A DNA stretch of 45,500 bases. Origin: a virus (lineage: Duplodnaviria > Caudoviricetes). Positions 42,868 to 45,500 of this stretch are shown piece after piece. Position numbers and translations under genes: made by a program. Numbering within the stretch: position 1 is the first letter of the stretch; the number at the start of each line of letters is the position of its first letter. The DNA lies in the IMG/VR virus record IMGVR_UViG_3300034965_000047, positions 1 to 45,500 of that record; one strand, 5' to 3'. Under the pieces are notes generated by a model that worked only from the letters and a program-made list of their open reading frames with translations, had not been told where the DNA came from and ran no database searches.

Positions 42868-44706
42868 ATGCTAATAGCCCAACTTGCAATTGACAAAATA
42901 ATTGACTATATGACTCCATACGCTCCATTCGTAATGATGGCACGCCCGGCAAAGGTCACCATTGCAGACTACTGGACAGCATGGGCCGGGATTGATGAAA
43001 GCAAGGTAGGAACTGTTGATATAGTTTCTTTTGCTCGTAATTCACTTTTTAAATATAATGAAGTAACCGATTTATTAAGTTGCCTTTCCCAGGAAAAGTC
43101 ATTTGTTTTTGATAAAATAAATCAGATTTTGTACGTTCATTTTGAACATAATGAATCTATTTACACTGGAACGTATTCATATGGTTTATTTTTCGGTTAT
43201 TCAAGTAAATCAGTAATTTATATAGAAGATATAGAATATTTGCCATTAATTAGAAATGAAGTATCAATAAGTCAGTCTCAGGACTTCGAAGGATATGATA
43301 AATTAAAGCTTATTAATCCTACGCTTGAACTAGATAATACTAATGGTGATTGTGATTCTTTAATATCATTAAAAATACACGGTAATACAGTAAAAATACT
43401 GAATATTGACGATAAGTTTATAACAGATGATAATGTTTATATTGGCGAGATTAATCCATTAGTAACAACATATATTGATGACTACACAATATCTCAGCAA
43501 AAAATAAGACTATCATTGAAAGATATGCGCACATCTATGAATGTAAAAATTCCACGTAATCTTTTTACATCATCGGATTATCCTAATATTGACGATAATA
43601 GTAAATCAAAGGTAATACCTTTTTTATGGGGAAAAGTCCGTGAGGCGCTGGCAATACCAACTAATGGAAAACTAGTTAGTCAGCCAGTAGTATATAGGGT
43701 TGCCCAAATTCTTACCAATATAGGAACCGTTTGGACTCTAGATAATGATGTATGGACACAACGTACACCGACTTCAATGGACTTGCCCAATGGATCATTT
43801 ACTTTATCTTCTGCTAATTCTCACAACTCGTCAGGGGCAATATTAAAATGCAAATTAATAGACCCTATTGGCGTACACATAAATTATACATCAGATATTA
43901 TAGTTGACATAGAAGAGCGTTTCCGAGGTGTGCCATTTACAAATTCAAACTATGACCAGGACGAATGGGCAAAAGAAGAGGTATCGCTTTCAACCGGAGG
44001 CATGCTACTTGATTCTCAGGTAGATAGCTTTGAGGCAATTAGACAGGTTCAAAGTGGGTCAATAAAGGGTTTTAGATACGAATTCAACTCAGATGGAAAA
44101 AGAACTATAAGAATAGATAATTATGATAGACCGATTTCATGGGAAATACATAATTTTGACATGCTTGAATCAGATAATTTAGAGGTATTGAATGATCCAT
44201 CTAATACATACGCAGAAATAAAAATTAATTATAATAAAAGTTATTATAGTAAAGATTATTTTTCACATATTAATGATGATAATATGCAAAATTCCATATC
44301 ACAATATAAGCAACAGGTACAAGGTGAATTTGATACCATTCTAAATACAGAATCATTGGCCATTGAAAGATCTAATAATGATGTTCAAAAATATAGCGAT
44401 GTTAGGCCAATATTATCAGGTTTGAAAATATCTGGAATAGAATTTTTCAAGATTAGAATTTACGATATGGCAAACATAGAAATAACAAAAGAATTTGTTG
44501 ACCTTGATAATAATTTTATAGCAGGAAGAAAATTTTACGGAATAAAAAAATGCCAAATTATTGGAATAAATCCAGTAGAATCAAATGGAATAAATATTAT
44601 TGACGCACTAATAGTAGGTGATTATGAATATGATACCATGATGATAACTAATATTGGTGATTATATTACTACTAATGATGGTTTAAATATTAAAATGCAT
44701 AAATAA
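42868..44706 (+). CDS. Tail tip/baseplate hub-like protein
   Basis: 612 aa; YPNIDD...VIPFLWG motif; synteny. Confidence 0.65.
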   Translation: MLIAQLAIDKIIDYMTPYAPFVMMARPAKVTIADYWTAWAGIDESKVGTVDIVSFARNSLFKYNEVTDLLSCLSQEKSFVFDKINQILYVHFEHNESIYTGTYSYGLFFGYSSKSVIYIEDIEYLPLIRNEVSISQSQDFEGYDKLKLINPTLELDNTNGDCDSLISLKIHGNTVKILNIDDKFITDDNVYIGEINPLVTTYIDDYTISQQKIRLSLKDMRTSMNVKIPRNLFTSSDYPNIDDNSKSKVIPFLWGKVREALAIPTNGKLVSQPVVYRVAQILTNIGTVWTLDNDVWTQRTPTSMDLPNGSFTLSSANSHNSSGAILKCKLIDPIGVHINYTSDIIVDIEERFRGVPFTNSNYDQDEWAKEEVSLSTGGMLLDSQVDSFEAIRQVQSGSIKGFRYEFNSDGKRTIRIDNYDRPISWEIHNFDMLESDNLEVLNDPSNTYAEIKINYNKSYYSKDYFSHINDDNMQNSISQYKQQVQGEFDTILNTESLAIERSNNDVQKYSDVRPILSGLKISGIEFFKIRIYDMANIEITKEFVDLDNNFIAGRKFYGIKKCQIIGINPVESNGINIIDALIVGDYEYDTMMITNIGDYITTNDGLNIKMHK

Positions 44707-44718
44707 GGATGGTATAAA

Positions 44719-45500
44719 ATGCCTAATATATTCGTAGAAGATTTACCGGCAGTTTCTGTTTTAGATGATAGTGACGTATTTTATGTGGTTCATTGGGACT
44801 CTGCATTAGGAAAATGGATAGATCAGCATGGCACTATTGCTGACATTCGTGCAGCTGTAGAACTAGACACGCTTGCAAATGTTGCTGGATTGATAAGAAA
44901 TATATCAATAGTGGCGTCATGCGCGAGTAATGCGTTGACGATATCCCTAAAGCAGAAGGACGGTGTTACTGATCATGGAACACTTGGGAGCCGTGGTCAA
45001 TTGTCATTTAGATCGGCACCAGTAACCGATCCATCATTTTCGGTATTAGACATAGAAACACCATTAAGCACTGTCATATCATCCGGGTCAACCGCAGGTC
45101 ATGTTGCGTCAAAAGATGAATATGTTTATGTTTATGTGCTGAATAATTCAGGGTCATTGGAGCTTGCATGGTCTTCAAGTTTTCATTTTGATGAAACGCA
45201 ATTGCAGGATACCACAGCAGAAGGTGGGTCAGGAACTGCCGATAATAGAATAACATTATATTCGACAACCGCAAGAACCGGTGTTCCGGTCCGATTAATT
45301 GGACGGTTTAGAATCCAGCAAGCGACTCCAGGAACATGGGTTACAAATCCAAGCCGATATGACCTTGCGCCATTTGCCAGAAAACAAATGAGAAACTATG
45401 TCTATTGTGACACTGCAAATGGCCACGGATCAACGAATAATAAAATTAGGCGCTATACTAATGCGGTAACCGTTGGTGATGCAATAACCAGGTCCACAAG
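44719..45500 (+). CDS. Tail fibre/receptor-binding protein, N-terminal part (continues at 1-336)
   Basis: AAGGA RBS; MPNIFVEDLPAVSVLDDSD...NGHGSTNNKIRRYT; no stop before the window end. Confidence 0.8.
   Translation, partial: MPNIFVEDLPAVSVLDDSDVFYVVHWDSALGKWIDQHGTIADIRAAVELDTLANVAGLIRNISIVASCASNALTISLKQKDGVTDHGTLGSRGQLSFRSAPVTDPSFSVLDIETPLSTVISSGSTAGHVASKDEYVYVYVLNNSGSLELAWSSSFHFDETQLQDTTAEGGSGTADNRITLYSTTARTGVPVRLIGRFRIQQATPGTWVTNPSRYDLAPFARKQMRNYVYCDTANGHGSTNNKIRRYTNAVTVGDAITRST
45475..45500. repeat. Terminal direct repeat, copy 2
   Basis: Identical to 1-26. Confidence 0.95.

Noticed and set aside
44719-45500. Diversity-generating retroelement targeting the tail fibre, or a CRISPR array
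   Set aside because: No reverse transcriptase, no template/variable repeat pair and no regularly spaced repeats were seen in the window.

Overview
The window is an apparently complete, circularly permuted genome of a tailed dsDNA phage of about 45.5 kb with a siphovirus-like gene set. The last 26 nt repeat the first 26 nt, and a tail-fibre ORF reads in frame across the join. The SSB N-termini and a lipoprotein suggest a spirochaete host (inference). The plus strand carries terS/terL, portal, a MuF-like minor head protein with an intein, Clp-type protease/scaffold, capsid, neck, tail and lysis genes. The minus strand carries SSBs, an SbcD-SbcC fusion, GIY-YIG nuclease, adenine MTase, VRR-NUC, SF2 helicase, a P4-alpha/D5-like primase-helicase, atypical tRNAs, and three small-gene cassettes inserted between structural operons. 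No integrase, ParA, RT or CRISPR array was seen. Main findings: (1) a 305-aa intein whose middle encodes a Vsr/DUF559-like endonuclease on the antisense strand, codon-for-codon, with its own predicted promoter; (2) seven plus-strand morphogenesis units and two minus-strand units start with a sigma70-like promoter whose -10 box ends exactly 6 nt before the ATG (leaderless mRNA); (3) twelve promoters carry (C/G)CGCA at a fixed spacer position; (4) a tRNA-Ser folding best as 8/4 lies next to other non-canonical tRNA-like RNAs; (5) a stand-alone copy of the primase C-terminal winged-helix domain faces away from an iteron-rich putative origin. All product calls come from motif recognition by eye, not database searches.
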